From contig NW_019217845.1 of assembly GCF_002571385.2 (NCBI RefSeq), forward strand, positions 289,452 to 353,451: a stretch of DNA of 64,000 nt. Direction: 5' to 3'. Position 1 is the first letter of the stretch, and each line of letters begins with the position of its first letter. The translations under genes were made by a program, and so were the position numbers. Shown in pieces: positions 49,601-61,638 of this stretch. Source of the DNA: Stylophora pistillata. Its lineage: Eukaryota. Under the pieces are notes generated by a model. That model saw nothing but the letters and a program-made list of their open reading frames with translations, was not told where the DNA came from and ran no database searches.

Positions 49601-52600
49601 CATGAAACTACTGCTGACCTCAGTTCATTTGAAATGCCGACTGAAAATGTCATGCTGTCTCAAAATACAATTTTATTCTACATATTTTAAAATTTCCATC
49701 GGTGTAAGTGGCCTCTAAGAGTCTTTTTTTCCCTTCGATTTTTTACATTTGTATTTGGTGTAAGTATGATTTTTTTTTTACATTCCTACATTGTTACTAC
49801 TTGATGCCAGTGAAATGATAGCAAAATTGAATTATGGAAATTTTGATACGTTAGGTAGAGTCGCTATTGTCTGCATTTTATCCGTATTGTACAATTACTA
49901 TTCACGTGAATGAACATTGTTCATTTCAAGTACTGTGTTCTCATAATTTCCGGGCAGCAAATTCAAAGTCTTGACTTGGAATGCTTTTAAATGTTTTGTC
50001 TTGTTCAATAACTAAGGGGGATATGAACTCTGTAAATATTTTGACATAAATAGTTGCGGGTAACCGATCTTTTTCAGGCAACTTTTACCGTTAAGGACTC
50101 TTGGAAGCTGTTTAGAGTGTTTTTAAATTGCATAGAAGTAAAAACATCGAGTGTTTTTTTGTATTTTTGTTTGTGCTCCTAGTTAGAAGAATTTTAGTGG
50201 TATCTTGAAAATTAGACGAAATTTGTGTAAGGTGGTCTATCGACGGTGACAAATCTCTCCATTTACTGAATATGACTATTTTTTTTAGAAATACTGAACA
50301 GAAACAAATTTCAGGTTTAATCGTAAATGAACTTCGCTATAGTTATATGATGTAGGTAACTTTGAATTGAATTCAACTGAAGAATTAGTGTTCTTAAAAA
50401 ACCCGTGAGCTTTTATACAATATCAATTAATTAAAGATATATGAACCGCACGCAATTATTTATGATCAAACTTTGGAATTCGCATTTGAAAAAGTAAGGG
50501 GATCTGTTTCATTCTGGTGAATTTTAAACTTAGTTTCAAGATTCATTATTCTTTTCTGCAAACACACTGAATGTTTTTCCAGTTCTGTTGTTCGTGGACG
50601 TATTTTTAGCCAGTAATATTGCATTTGTCCTATCGTAATGGCCATTAAACCAAGTGCAATATCTGAAATTTGGCGCCGTTTCATTGTCACTACTTCAATA
50701 TCACTGAAGTTTTTCTGTCAGAAAAGTTAGGACGCTACCAGAATACGGAATGAGTTGAATTTTGATCATTAAAATATTGCTTTTATTTTTATTTGCACGC
50801 GTCCACACTTCTATCCAGTAGCATGAATCTTATCGCGCTCGATGTAAAAAAAAAAAAGCAAGATTCCTCATATCTATCAGATTTATTCCCTTTTGATGGA
50901 AAGTTATGAGATATATGTCGTTAGTTATTCGGTTTCTATGTGAACAAAAAGCATGGGAGGTTATGAATGAGGATCCTTTGTTTATCGCACTTCAGGTAAG
51001 AATTGGAATTTCAGGTTATGAAATTGCAGACAAACCTTTATATTTTTGAATTCTTAGATACCTACTCGCCTTATAATCTCGCCCCACTTATAAATGGCTT
51101 TCCTCGCGAAGTCTATTAAATGGTATTTAGTAGATTAGTAACGATAATTGATTGAAGACAGTCAATTTCTAAACAACTGCTGCTTTCATTATGTTCTTAA
51201 ACGTGCAACTAGTTTATAATCAGGAATTATTTCGAGCTTGATGGAAATTATAATGTGTGCTTTCTCCTCGTCTGTGTTTTCCTGTGCGATGTTTTGATAC
51301 ACGATCTTACAATGTTTACGCGTAAGTGATACCAGCGGAAGCCAAATCGTGCAGTATTTCCTATCTCCGGAATAAGAACATTGCAGAATCTCTCCGTCTT
51401 GGTTCAGTTATGACATTGATCGTTGTATTTATGTAGTTTCTAGACAAATCCTTAGCTTCTTTGAGAGAACTTTCGAGATTTTTTGTGCAACGGGTGTAGG
51501 GAAAGATCCACTGAATAAAATTTAGTGGAATTGTTATTTCTCGTTGAAAATTAATATCTTCTTCAGCAAAGTGCCTTTTATTTTGTGTCTGTATGATTAG
51601 GTTGTCACTTACCACAGAAGTTCGCGGTACAGGAAGGAAATAAAAAGTAAAGTTCTATATGTAGTGACAAAATTTACCAACTGGGAGACTGAAGCATGAA
51701 ATATAAACATGTCTAGTTATGCTGTGTTTTCCTTCGTTGCTTGTATGTCAACAAAAGCGAAAATTTAATTAAAATTTCCCGGCTTATCTCTTAGCAGTTT
51801 GGGTGGCAGGTTATGCGGATAATGCAATGTTATATTTAGCTAATAAATATTCCATTACTCCAGTGCAAATGCGTATCAGTTTTCGTGATGTAATGTCGCT
51901 TAGAGCGCAAATCTATGCAAGGCTTTAGTCTGCTAAGGGCAACGTTAAATCAACTTTGGCGGTATTCTGATGAAATGGAAGTCCAGGTTTGTGTTGGTAC
52001 ACTCCTAATAAGTTTCTACGAAGAGATTTTTATCAAAAGTGAATCTTGCTGAATCACGAAAGGGTCATCTTAAGAGTTTTGTTCAAAGTGAGATTTATTT
52101 ACAACGGAAGTTGCGAATTTTTGATACGTAGTTCTTTTATTTCGTCAGTTTTTTTGCTTGTTGGGGTCTGTTCGAGCATGAAATAAGATGAACGATGCTT
52201 TTAGAAGATCAGAATTAAGGAAATGTTGTAATACAGTCAACAGGGATGGAAAGGTGTCCGTAACTCTCGCTTTTTATTTCCACAAGTCAAAGATCGCACA
52301 TTTAAAATAATTTCTGGAGGAATAGGACCTACGGCAACTTAGAATTCATTGCGTTATTCTGCTTGATTTTGATTTAACTACTATTCCTTTTTAACAAGTA
52401 GCGTCTTTTGAAGTCATATTTTAAAAGAAAACGCCTCTGTAACGCCCATTGTGTCTGACGTATTGTTGTCGTTTCCAGGCCTATTACCGTCAAGGAGTGG
52501 CGCTACAGTGCCTGGGTCGGCATGCGGATGCCCTTGGAGCCTTTGCGTCTGCGCTTGCGCAGGATGATAAAAGCCCTCAACTGCTGAACTCTCTGACTGA

Positions 52601-55600
52601 AGCCGCGATGAAGTCCCCACTGAGAGGTAAATATCGTATTTCAAGAACTCACAAGAGTATTTATGAATATGCAACTAGACCCCGTGGAGCGAAAAGAGAG
52701 ACAAAGTGTTTCCGAAAATGTGTTCGCTCCGAGTTCCATAGCAACACTTTCATAAATCTACTTGCTTGCAGTTCGTGAAAGGACAGGAACCTGAAGACAT
52801 AAGCGCTTCAGTTAACAACTGAGACATTCCTAACTCCAATACNNNNNNNNNNNNNNNNNNNNNNNNNNNNNNNNNNNNNNNNNNNNNNNNNNNNNNNNNN
52901 NNNNNNNNNNNNNNNNNNNNNNNNNNNNNNNNNNNNNNNNNNNNNNNNNNNNNNNNNNNNNNNNNNNNNNNNNNNNNNNNNNNNNNNNNNNNNNNNNNNN
53001 NNNNNNNNNNNNNNNNNNNNNNNNNNNNNNNNNNNNNNNNNNNNNNNNNNNNNNNNNNNNNNNNNNNNNNNNNNNNNNNNNNNNNNNNNNNNNNNNNNNN
53101 NNNNNNNNNNNNNNNNNNNNNNNNNNNNNNNNNNNNNNNNNNNNNNNNNNNNNNNNNNNNNNNNNNNNNNNNNNNNNNNNNNNNNNNNNNNNNNNNNNNN
53201 NNNNNNNNNNNNNNNNNNNNNNNNNNNNNNNNNNNNNNNNNNNNNNNNNNNNNNNNNNNNNNNNNNNNNNNNNNNNNNNNNNNNNNNNNNNNNNNNNNNN
53301 NNNNNNNNNNNNNNNNNNNNNNNNNNNNNNNNNNNNNNNNNNNNNNNNNNNNNNNNNNNNNNNNNNNNNNNNNNNNNNNNNNNNNNNNNNNNNNNNNNNN
53401 NNNNNNNNNNNNNNNNNNNNNNNNNNNNNNNNNNNNNNNNNNNNNNNNNNNNNNNNNNNNNNNNNNNNNNNNNNNNNNNNNNNNNNNNNNNNNNNNNNNN
53501 NNNNNNNNNNNNNNNNNNNNNNNNNNNNNNNNNNNNNNNNNNNNNNNNNNNNNNNNNNNNAAAAAAATGAGCAGTTCTCAACTGGCTCTCAGTCTGGCGG
53601 CTATGTTCCAACGGCGGAACATAGCGGCTCTGTGCCAACGGCGGAACATGGCGGCTCTGTGCCAACGGAGGAACAACGTCTTAGTTTGTTCTTAAAATGT
53701 TGGTTAATCTCAGCTTGAATGTTCTCATAAAAAGGTTGTTATAAAAATTAAAGGAAAAAAAAGGGTGTACATTAGCGTTTAGTCCCCCTCAAACACTGAC
53801 CTCTGCCATTTATAAACTATATTGCCTAAACTCCGAAAAAAGGTCCCTCTTCGGGCGGAGCAATCCCGTGTGATTCACCATAGGAAGTATTTCCCAGGCC
53901 CCGATGGAACGAGCGCAGTCATGACAAAGTTCCTTGCTCGAAAAACAATATTCGTCAGCCCGGCCTAAATTTTGCATTAAAAAGTATGGAACAGAAAACG
54001 AAACATCCCTGTTAAGAAATTGCAGTACTGACGAACACGATCCATAAATCAAAACCACAAATATTTGCCCCAAGAGTAGATTATTGTGCCTTCACGCGAC
54101 TGAAATTAAATACCAAAATCCTTTAATCCATAGGTATTCCGTTGCAAAAGATTGCAATACGATTAGTTCTAAGGCTTGTAGGAGCAATGCAACACTGAAA
54201 ATTACAATAATAGCACACAGTTGTTTTTTAAATTCTCAGAGGTGTTTTCATTTCAGACTCTTCTGAGTATTTCCTTGAAAATCGTGAGAACAGACGCCTT
54301 TTCCAGTCTTGTGTCTTATCTCGTAACCTTTCGTCTGACCTAGAGATGGTCCTTTATCCGTTTCTCTAATCCGCTTATAACGGCAAGTGCGCCAACAGGA
54401 AGAATCATAGGGACACCTTGAACGAGGATAGGATTTCAGGACGACAGTTCTGCCCTTGCGCTCTTAAGGTCATTCTGGCGCACACTGGTAAAGGAGTCTT
54501 GTTCAGCAAAACTCTTCATTTCTTTACAATTTCTGAGAAGCTGTGGTACACAATATTGTGGAAAGGTCCGTTGTATGCCCCTCTGAGTGAAAATGGATCT
54601 TAAAGTCATCTTGTGTGAATTTGAAACGGTGTCTGATGGAGAAGACATAGACGATCATTGAACTAATTAAAGCGTAAATTCCACTAATCGTGTAAAAAAT
54701 ATCAGTAGTCGCTATGGAATCACTTGTCTCGTGGAATAAAACATGGACAGAAGCGTTCAAAGCTGGCAGAAATTGTTCGTTGTTTTATTCTTGAACTAAA
54801 TGCAAAATCTACGCCGTAGAAATTTGCTGAGAATAGTTATTGATTTGTCATACGATCAAGTCTTTATCAAGCGTATTCTTTCGGCACAACAAACGTCTAC
54901 GTGACTTCATGTCAGTTGAGCACATATAATAAATGGCGATTTTTTTGATATGTGCTCTTAGAGGTACTTAAAAAAAAACCTACTTTACTATGCCGAAATA
55001 TACATTACTACATCTGTCAATACTTAGACCTCACTGAGAAGAAAAACATTACTTACAAAAAAGGCCGAAAAATACTGGGCATCACAGCTCTTTTTTGTGT
55101 TTGCTTTTGCGCAAATCGGTAGGAAAAAACATGCGATTGTTTAATAATATTCAGTGTAATCCGGCAAGAAGTTGTTGTTTAAGTCAGTAAGATGCTCAAA
55201 AGTTGAAGAGATTTTCCCAAGATACGCTATCTTAATCCTTGAGATACTTCACTATCGGTTCCGTTACCCTTCCCTTTGTTTCTTATAAGACATGTTCAAC
55301 TGTCGAACTTACGGCCCCGACATCACTAATTTGTTTTTAAAGGGATCTGTTTTCGTCTCAGCCGAAACGAAAGAAAATATTGTCGCCAAGTTGTTGTTGT
55401 CGCTTTCTTTTCATCTCTTGACACTGAAAATTTGCATGCCATGCGTTTTCGCCCTAATTGCTGCCGGCCGTATGGGATGCTTTTTTCGTCACCCTTTTCA
55501 CCTGTCCGCACTAGAAATGGAGCGTGTCCAAAAAGATACGTTGACAAATTGTTTCACTTTTGAATCATTCTCCGTTTTCATCCAAGTGATTGAGGCAAAA

Positions 55601-58600
55601 AGGTGGAATCATGTAGTACGTATTTTCAAATGAAAACCCATACATTTAGAGATGAAGGGGCCTCAGTTAAAGGATGCATGACTTACGCCTACACCATTTC
55701 GAAGACTGTTTACCCATGCAATACTAGTTTTATTGACCTCTAATAAATTAGTGTCGGAATTCGCAGTTGATTTGGCCGCGAAGCCAACATTCGCCACATC
55801 TGGTTTAGTCGTAAACATTCATCAAAAACCACAATGAATGTTAAACGTAATGAAAAGACGCCTCTCTTACTCTCATCGCCTTACTCGGTGTTGACCTTGC
55901 CAGACGCAAGCTCAGAGAAGTAGTTCTCCCAAAGTACTGCCGTAATTTTGTTGTAATCCAAGTTGCGAGAATTAAGTGCACTATATCTTAGTGTTTTTTT
56001 GTTTTTCTGTCTTCACAGCTACTCTCGAGCCAATCTACAACCAGCTTAAAGGCATGAAACTTGACAAGAGCGCCTTTGTAATGATATCAGTTATCGGACA
56101 GGAACTTCTCTCTGTCGGACATGTAACTGCAGCTATAGATTGCCTCGAGGCTGCTTTGAAAGTTGGGACTTGCGGATTACGTCTCCGTGGTTCTGTCATC
56201 TCGGCCCTTAGTACAGCTTATTGGAAACTTGGAAATGTTAAGAAGGCGATGGAATACATGAGACAAGATCTAGAAACGTCACAGTCTTTGAACGACAAAG
56301 GCGGCGAGTGCAGAGCTTATGGCAATCTAGGAGGGGCGTATTACTCACAGAGAATGTACAAAGAAGCTGTGGAACATCAGAAAAGCCAACTAGATCTTGC
56401 TTTGACAATTAAAGATCGTAAAACAGCTGCTAGTGCCTTGAGTTCTCTAGGGCATACATATGTCTCGTTGTCTGATTACACAAATGCTATTTCGAGTCAT
56501 AAACAATCAATGCAAATCTATAAGGAGTTGAAAGACAAGCAAGGCGAAGCGAGAGAACTCGGAAACATCGGCGCTGTACATGTCTTGTTATCGGATTATG
56601 ACAACGCGATAAAATATCACCAAGAACATTTGAAAATTGCGGTTGAGATGGGAGACAAGGCCGAAGAAGGTCGGGCCTATAGCAACTTAGGGAGCGCTTT
56701 CCATTACAAGAGAGACTTCGACAAAGCGATCCAATTTCACAAGCAGGTCCTGGACGTGGCGAAGAAGACCAAAGATTCTTTTATGGAAGCGCGAGCTTAT
56801 GCTGGTCTAGGACATGCTCTGAGATGCAAAGGTGACTTAGAACAGGCAGTATCTTTTCACGAATATCAACTTGCTTTGGCGATAAAACTCAAAGATCGAG
56901 CGACCGAGGGGAGAGCGCTTTCCAATCTGGGAGTTATTTTTCAGCAGAGGGGGCTTTACGGACAAGCCCTAAAGCTCCACAAAAAACACCTGGCTATTTG
57001 CAAGGAGTTAGAGGACCGAGCGGGACAGGGGCGAGCCTATGGGAATATGGGCTGCGCTTACAGCGCTTGCGCTAGGTATGAACAGGCTATTAAGTTTCAT
57101 AAGCAAGAACTGATGATTTCTAAAGAAGTGAACGATCGGCCGTCAGAAGCCTGCACGCATGGAAATCTTGCAGTGGCTTATCAAGCGATTGGAAGTCTGG
57201 ACAAGTCTTTGAAACATTATCAACAACATCTAATTATTTCGCAAGAAATCGGTGATCAGTCAAATGAAGCCATCGCTCTGAGTAATTTGGGGAATTACTA
57301 CAGTTCTTGCGGAAATTTCACAAAAGCTATTCCTTTTTACGAAAACTTTTTGTCCGTCGCGAGACATATGCGGGATCGTGTAGGCGAATGCAAAGCTTGT
57401 CACAATCTGGGATTTGCTCATTACTCGTTAGGCAATCACTTAGATGCAGTACCCTACTACGAGAGAAACATTGAAATAGCGAAAGATCTGGAAGACAGGA
57501 CAAGCTTAGGACGTGCGTATTGTAATCTAGGACTGGCCTACAGTGCAATCGGCGTACAGGATAAAGCGCTGGAGTGTCAAAAAGAATTCCTAACCGTTTC
57601 ACAGGAGGCCATGCAAGTCCAAGGCGAATTTAAAGCTTGCGGAAACATTGGTGATATTTATGTGACGCTGGGTAACACAAATCAGGGAATACGGTTCTTC
57701 CAGGAACAGCTACAAGTCGCCAAGAAAGCGCAGGATACTGCTCTGGAGAGCGAAGCGCACGGAGCCTTGGGTAGCGCTTTTCGGACTGCGCGTGATTTTG
57801 AAAGGGCGTTGGCCTGCTTCCAAAGGGAGTTAGAATTCAGGAGAACTGCGCATGATTCTGTTGGTATTTGTAAGGCGTTAAGCAATCTCGGCTCAGTTCA
57901 CAGCAGCTTACAACAGTATCACGATGCTTTAACGTCCTATTCTGAAGAGCTTTCCATTGCCAATGAACTTGATGACTGTATTCTACAAGCAGAAGCTTGT
58001 GGTAACCTGGGAATCACAAAAATGAACACTGAAGATTATCAAGAGGCGCTGGGATTTTTTGAAAAGCAGATCGCCACGTTGGAACAGGTCACAGGTGCCG
58101 TACTTGAAAGCGGCCGTGCATACGGGAATTTAGGTGAATGTTACCACGTGCTGGGAGACCATGAAGAAGCCGTGAAGTGTTACGAAAAATATCTTGCTGC
58201 TGGGCAGCAAATGGAGAGTGCTGCTGACCAGGATAAGGCCTACCGCGGACTAGGGAACACGCACAGGACAATGGGAAATCTGCAACAGGCTCTGGTGTGT
58301 TTCGAGAAGAGATTAGTCGTTGCGCACGAGTTGACTGATTTTCATTCCAAAGGAACAGCTTACTGCGAGTTGGGAAACATGCACAAGATTCTTGGCAACT
58401 ACGAGCAAGCGCTTGCATGCTTCGAGCAACAGTTGTCCTTGGCGAGGGAGTGTAATGATACCATTAATGAAGGAGACGCCCTCTGTGGACTGGGGCTCGT
58501 GAATCAGAAGATGGGGGAGTACGAAAAGGCGTTGAAACTACACGAACAAGAGATGACAGTCGCCGAAAAACAACGAGATCTCGGCCGCCGCGGCCGGGCG

Positions 58601-61599
58601 TCGTTTCATCTCGGAATGACGCACGAAATTCTCGGAAATTACGAACAAGCGGCAATCTACCAAGGCCAACATCTAAACATCGCCTCGCAAATGAACGACA
58701 AAGCAGCGAAAGCGCAGGCGTACAGTTCACTGGGAAGAACGCATCATGCCCTGGTAAACTATTCCCAGGCTATTTCATACCTCAACAAAGGCCTTGCGAT
58801 CGTGGAGGCTCTTGGGAGGAGTGAAGACGAGGCACGAATACGTCATCGATTAGGTTTGTCACATTTGGCTGACAATCAGATAGACGCATCGCAGTTTCAT
58901 CTTTTCCGCGCGGCGGAATTATTGGAGAAATTGCGCGAAGAAAGTATTAGTAATGGCGAGTATAAATTGTCTTTGTATGAGCTTCAAGCTGCGACTTACC
59001 AAGTTTTACAGCGAGTTTTAGTCACTATGGGCAACCACAAGGAGGCGTTGGCAGTCGCCGAGCGAAGTCGGACCCGAGATTTTATCGATTTGCTTCAAGA
59101 ACGGCAGGGAAAAAATCGATCAGAGAACGGGATTCCGAAGTATTTGGAAAATACGTTGACGACACCTGAACAAATTACAGACTTGGTACGCAGTCAAAAG
59201 GCAAGTGTGTTGTACTATTCCATAGCCGCAGGACACTTGTACAGCTGGCTCATTACTCCGAACAAAGGTATTGTGAAGTTTCACGACTCTCTTCTCTCGG
59301 ATGGAGACCATGACAACGAGATTTCAGTTGATTTAGATCAAAGTAGCAGCGCAGCTTACTCGCACACCTCTACTCTGTTAGATTCGTACATCACCCAAGT
59401 ACGGGACGCTCTTGGAGTTGAACCGCATTTAAACTTGAACCGTACAACCAGCTTGTCCGAGAGTGAAGTTGACGACACCTGGGAACGAGACAGTGTTTTC
59501 AGTGCGAGCCCTTTGTCATACATGTCAGGGGATGATGATGATACCATAAGCGTGTCGTCTTTGTCACTTGGCGGTCACAGTTTCCGGTCAAATCCGAGAA
59601 GTAGCTTCCTGTCGGCGAAGAACGTCCGAAAATTGAATGGGGTAAGAAGTAGTAACAAGAAACTCGGCTGGTCGGGGAAGCCACCGCTTCGTGCTTTGTA
59701 CGAACTCTTGATTGCTCCCATGGAGGTTGCTCTACCTGCTTCTTCGTCCTTCGAAAGCGAAGATTCCGAACTTGCGTTGGTTCTTCAAGGTGATCTGTAC
59801 CTGGTTCCGTTCCCTGTTTTAAAAGGGAGCCTTTCTAAAGAATATCTTTTCCGTCGGTTTAGACTTATCATTGTTCCTTCACTACAAGCTCTCGCCTCGA
59901 ACATCAAAACACTTATGTTGAGGAAGAGTGGACTCGATACATCTTCGGTAACGGTCATCGGAAACCCGAAGGTCCCGACGACGTTCGGACAATGGGAATC
60001 GAACCCGAGCGCTGAACACGAAGCTAAGATCGTGGCTGAACTCTTCAACACGAAACCTCTACTCGGCGGTGTTGCGACCAAGAGCGAAGTCGTCCGAAAG
60101 CTACCGAAAGCGGAGTGCATTCATTTTGCCACTCATGTCTCGTGGAAACTATCGTCTCTTATTCTTTCGCCTCAAAATTCCGATGACAAATCGGTAGCGC
60201 CTGCAGGATCACCTGAGAGAGCGAGTCTGGACTTTCTTGGTGACATGAGTCCTGACGAGGCACCGGCTTTGTCTGAATTCCTTCTCACAGCAGCCGATAT
60301 CTTAGACCAGAAATTATCGGCAAAACTCGTTGTCATTGGCGCCGCGCACAACCACTCGTCGCGCAATCGGATAACATCGGATGGTGTGATTGGATTAACG
60401 AGATCGTTTTTGTCGGCTGGAGCACAGAGTTTGTTGGTTGCCCTGTGGCCTGTCCCAGACCTGGCGTGTAAGTTACTGCTGAAAGCGTTCTACGGCGGAC
60501 TCCTTCAAGGAATGATGGCAAGTCAGTCTTTGTGTCAGGCCATGCAAGTAGTTCAGGGAACAAAGCAGTTTTCACATCCGTCAAACTGGGCTGGATTTAT
60601 CCTTGTTGGTGGAGACACAGCTCTGACGAATAAAGAAGCACTAATGAGTAGCGCTATTTCCAAACTGTTGGACAATCCTGTGAATTGCCGAGATGCACTG
60701 AAAGTCCTTGTTCATCTGGTACGTGAAACTTTGTACTCCCCAACAAAGTAACGTGTTTGTCATTTGGGCCTTGTATTGTCCTGACAAACGACCATAATGA
60801 TCAATAGATTAGTTCTGTATGTGCATATAGTGCAAGTATAGTCTAAGTCTGTACTCGAGCCCAGTGTCCTACCCAGCCTGGCTTATCCCGGTTTTCTTGA
60901 CACGAAGCAACTAGGAGTAATACTACTCCCCCTTGGGTGGGATGCTAGTCCACCACAAGTCCCCTACCCCCACCCCCTCCAACATTTCATCAGGCTTCCT
61001 ATGAGTTTCTGTTACTGCTTCTCTCGTTCGTGGGAACAGCACTCAGAGGTGTGTGACCGTTAGAATTTCTTCATTATGAATCGTTGTAGTGTTAAGATTG
61101 AGAACGAATTAGGAATGTATTCATTCTCAAAGTCAAAATGCAAAGACGTGTGAACTAACTTGCTCTTATTGAAAGCAAATTCTAAAATTTTGCTAGGTCA
61201 GTGATTTTAAGTAGCCCTTCTGAGATGCCTTTGTTCGGCCTTCAGTGAAGTGCTTCCAGTGAACTAACTCACTCGTTCATTCGCTCTTTGCCTTTAGGTG
61301 GACAAGGCGCAACAACGGATTCGCTCGGGTCAGCGGTCGTCCATGTACACAGCAGATGCAAGCATCAATGCTAAAGTCAAGGGAGCCAGCGGTTGGCGAG
61401 AATTGCTCAAGCTTCTTGGCTTCCGGTTTCAGAAGGCCGCCAACGGACTTCCGGACTCAGTCTTCTTTCCAACAGTATCCAGTGGAGTGACAGACAAGCT
61501 GGCCGATGCAAGTAACCATCTACACGCTCTACTGGGTGAGTTAACACTCGGTGGTAACAAAGATTATTTTTATAATAAATTTTTTGTAAAAGTTCCTTT

Positions 61600-61638
<39 letters not shown>

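Noticed and set aside
52808-53665. ORFs spanning N-runs (also 6814-7173 and 25320-25693)
   Set aside because: Artefacts of translating assembly gaps.
57327-60584. Minus-strand ORFs overlapping the TTC28 giant exon
   Set aside because: Antisense shadows of a long coding exon, with no recognisable domains.
55976-60751. Bacterial TPR-CHAT contaminant or recent HGT suggested by the 1591-aa ORF
   Set aside because: Bounded by canonical splice sites and in phase with flanking exons that encode TTC28-specific sequence.
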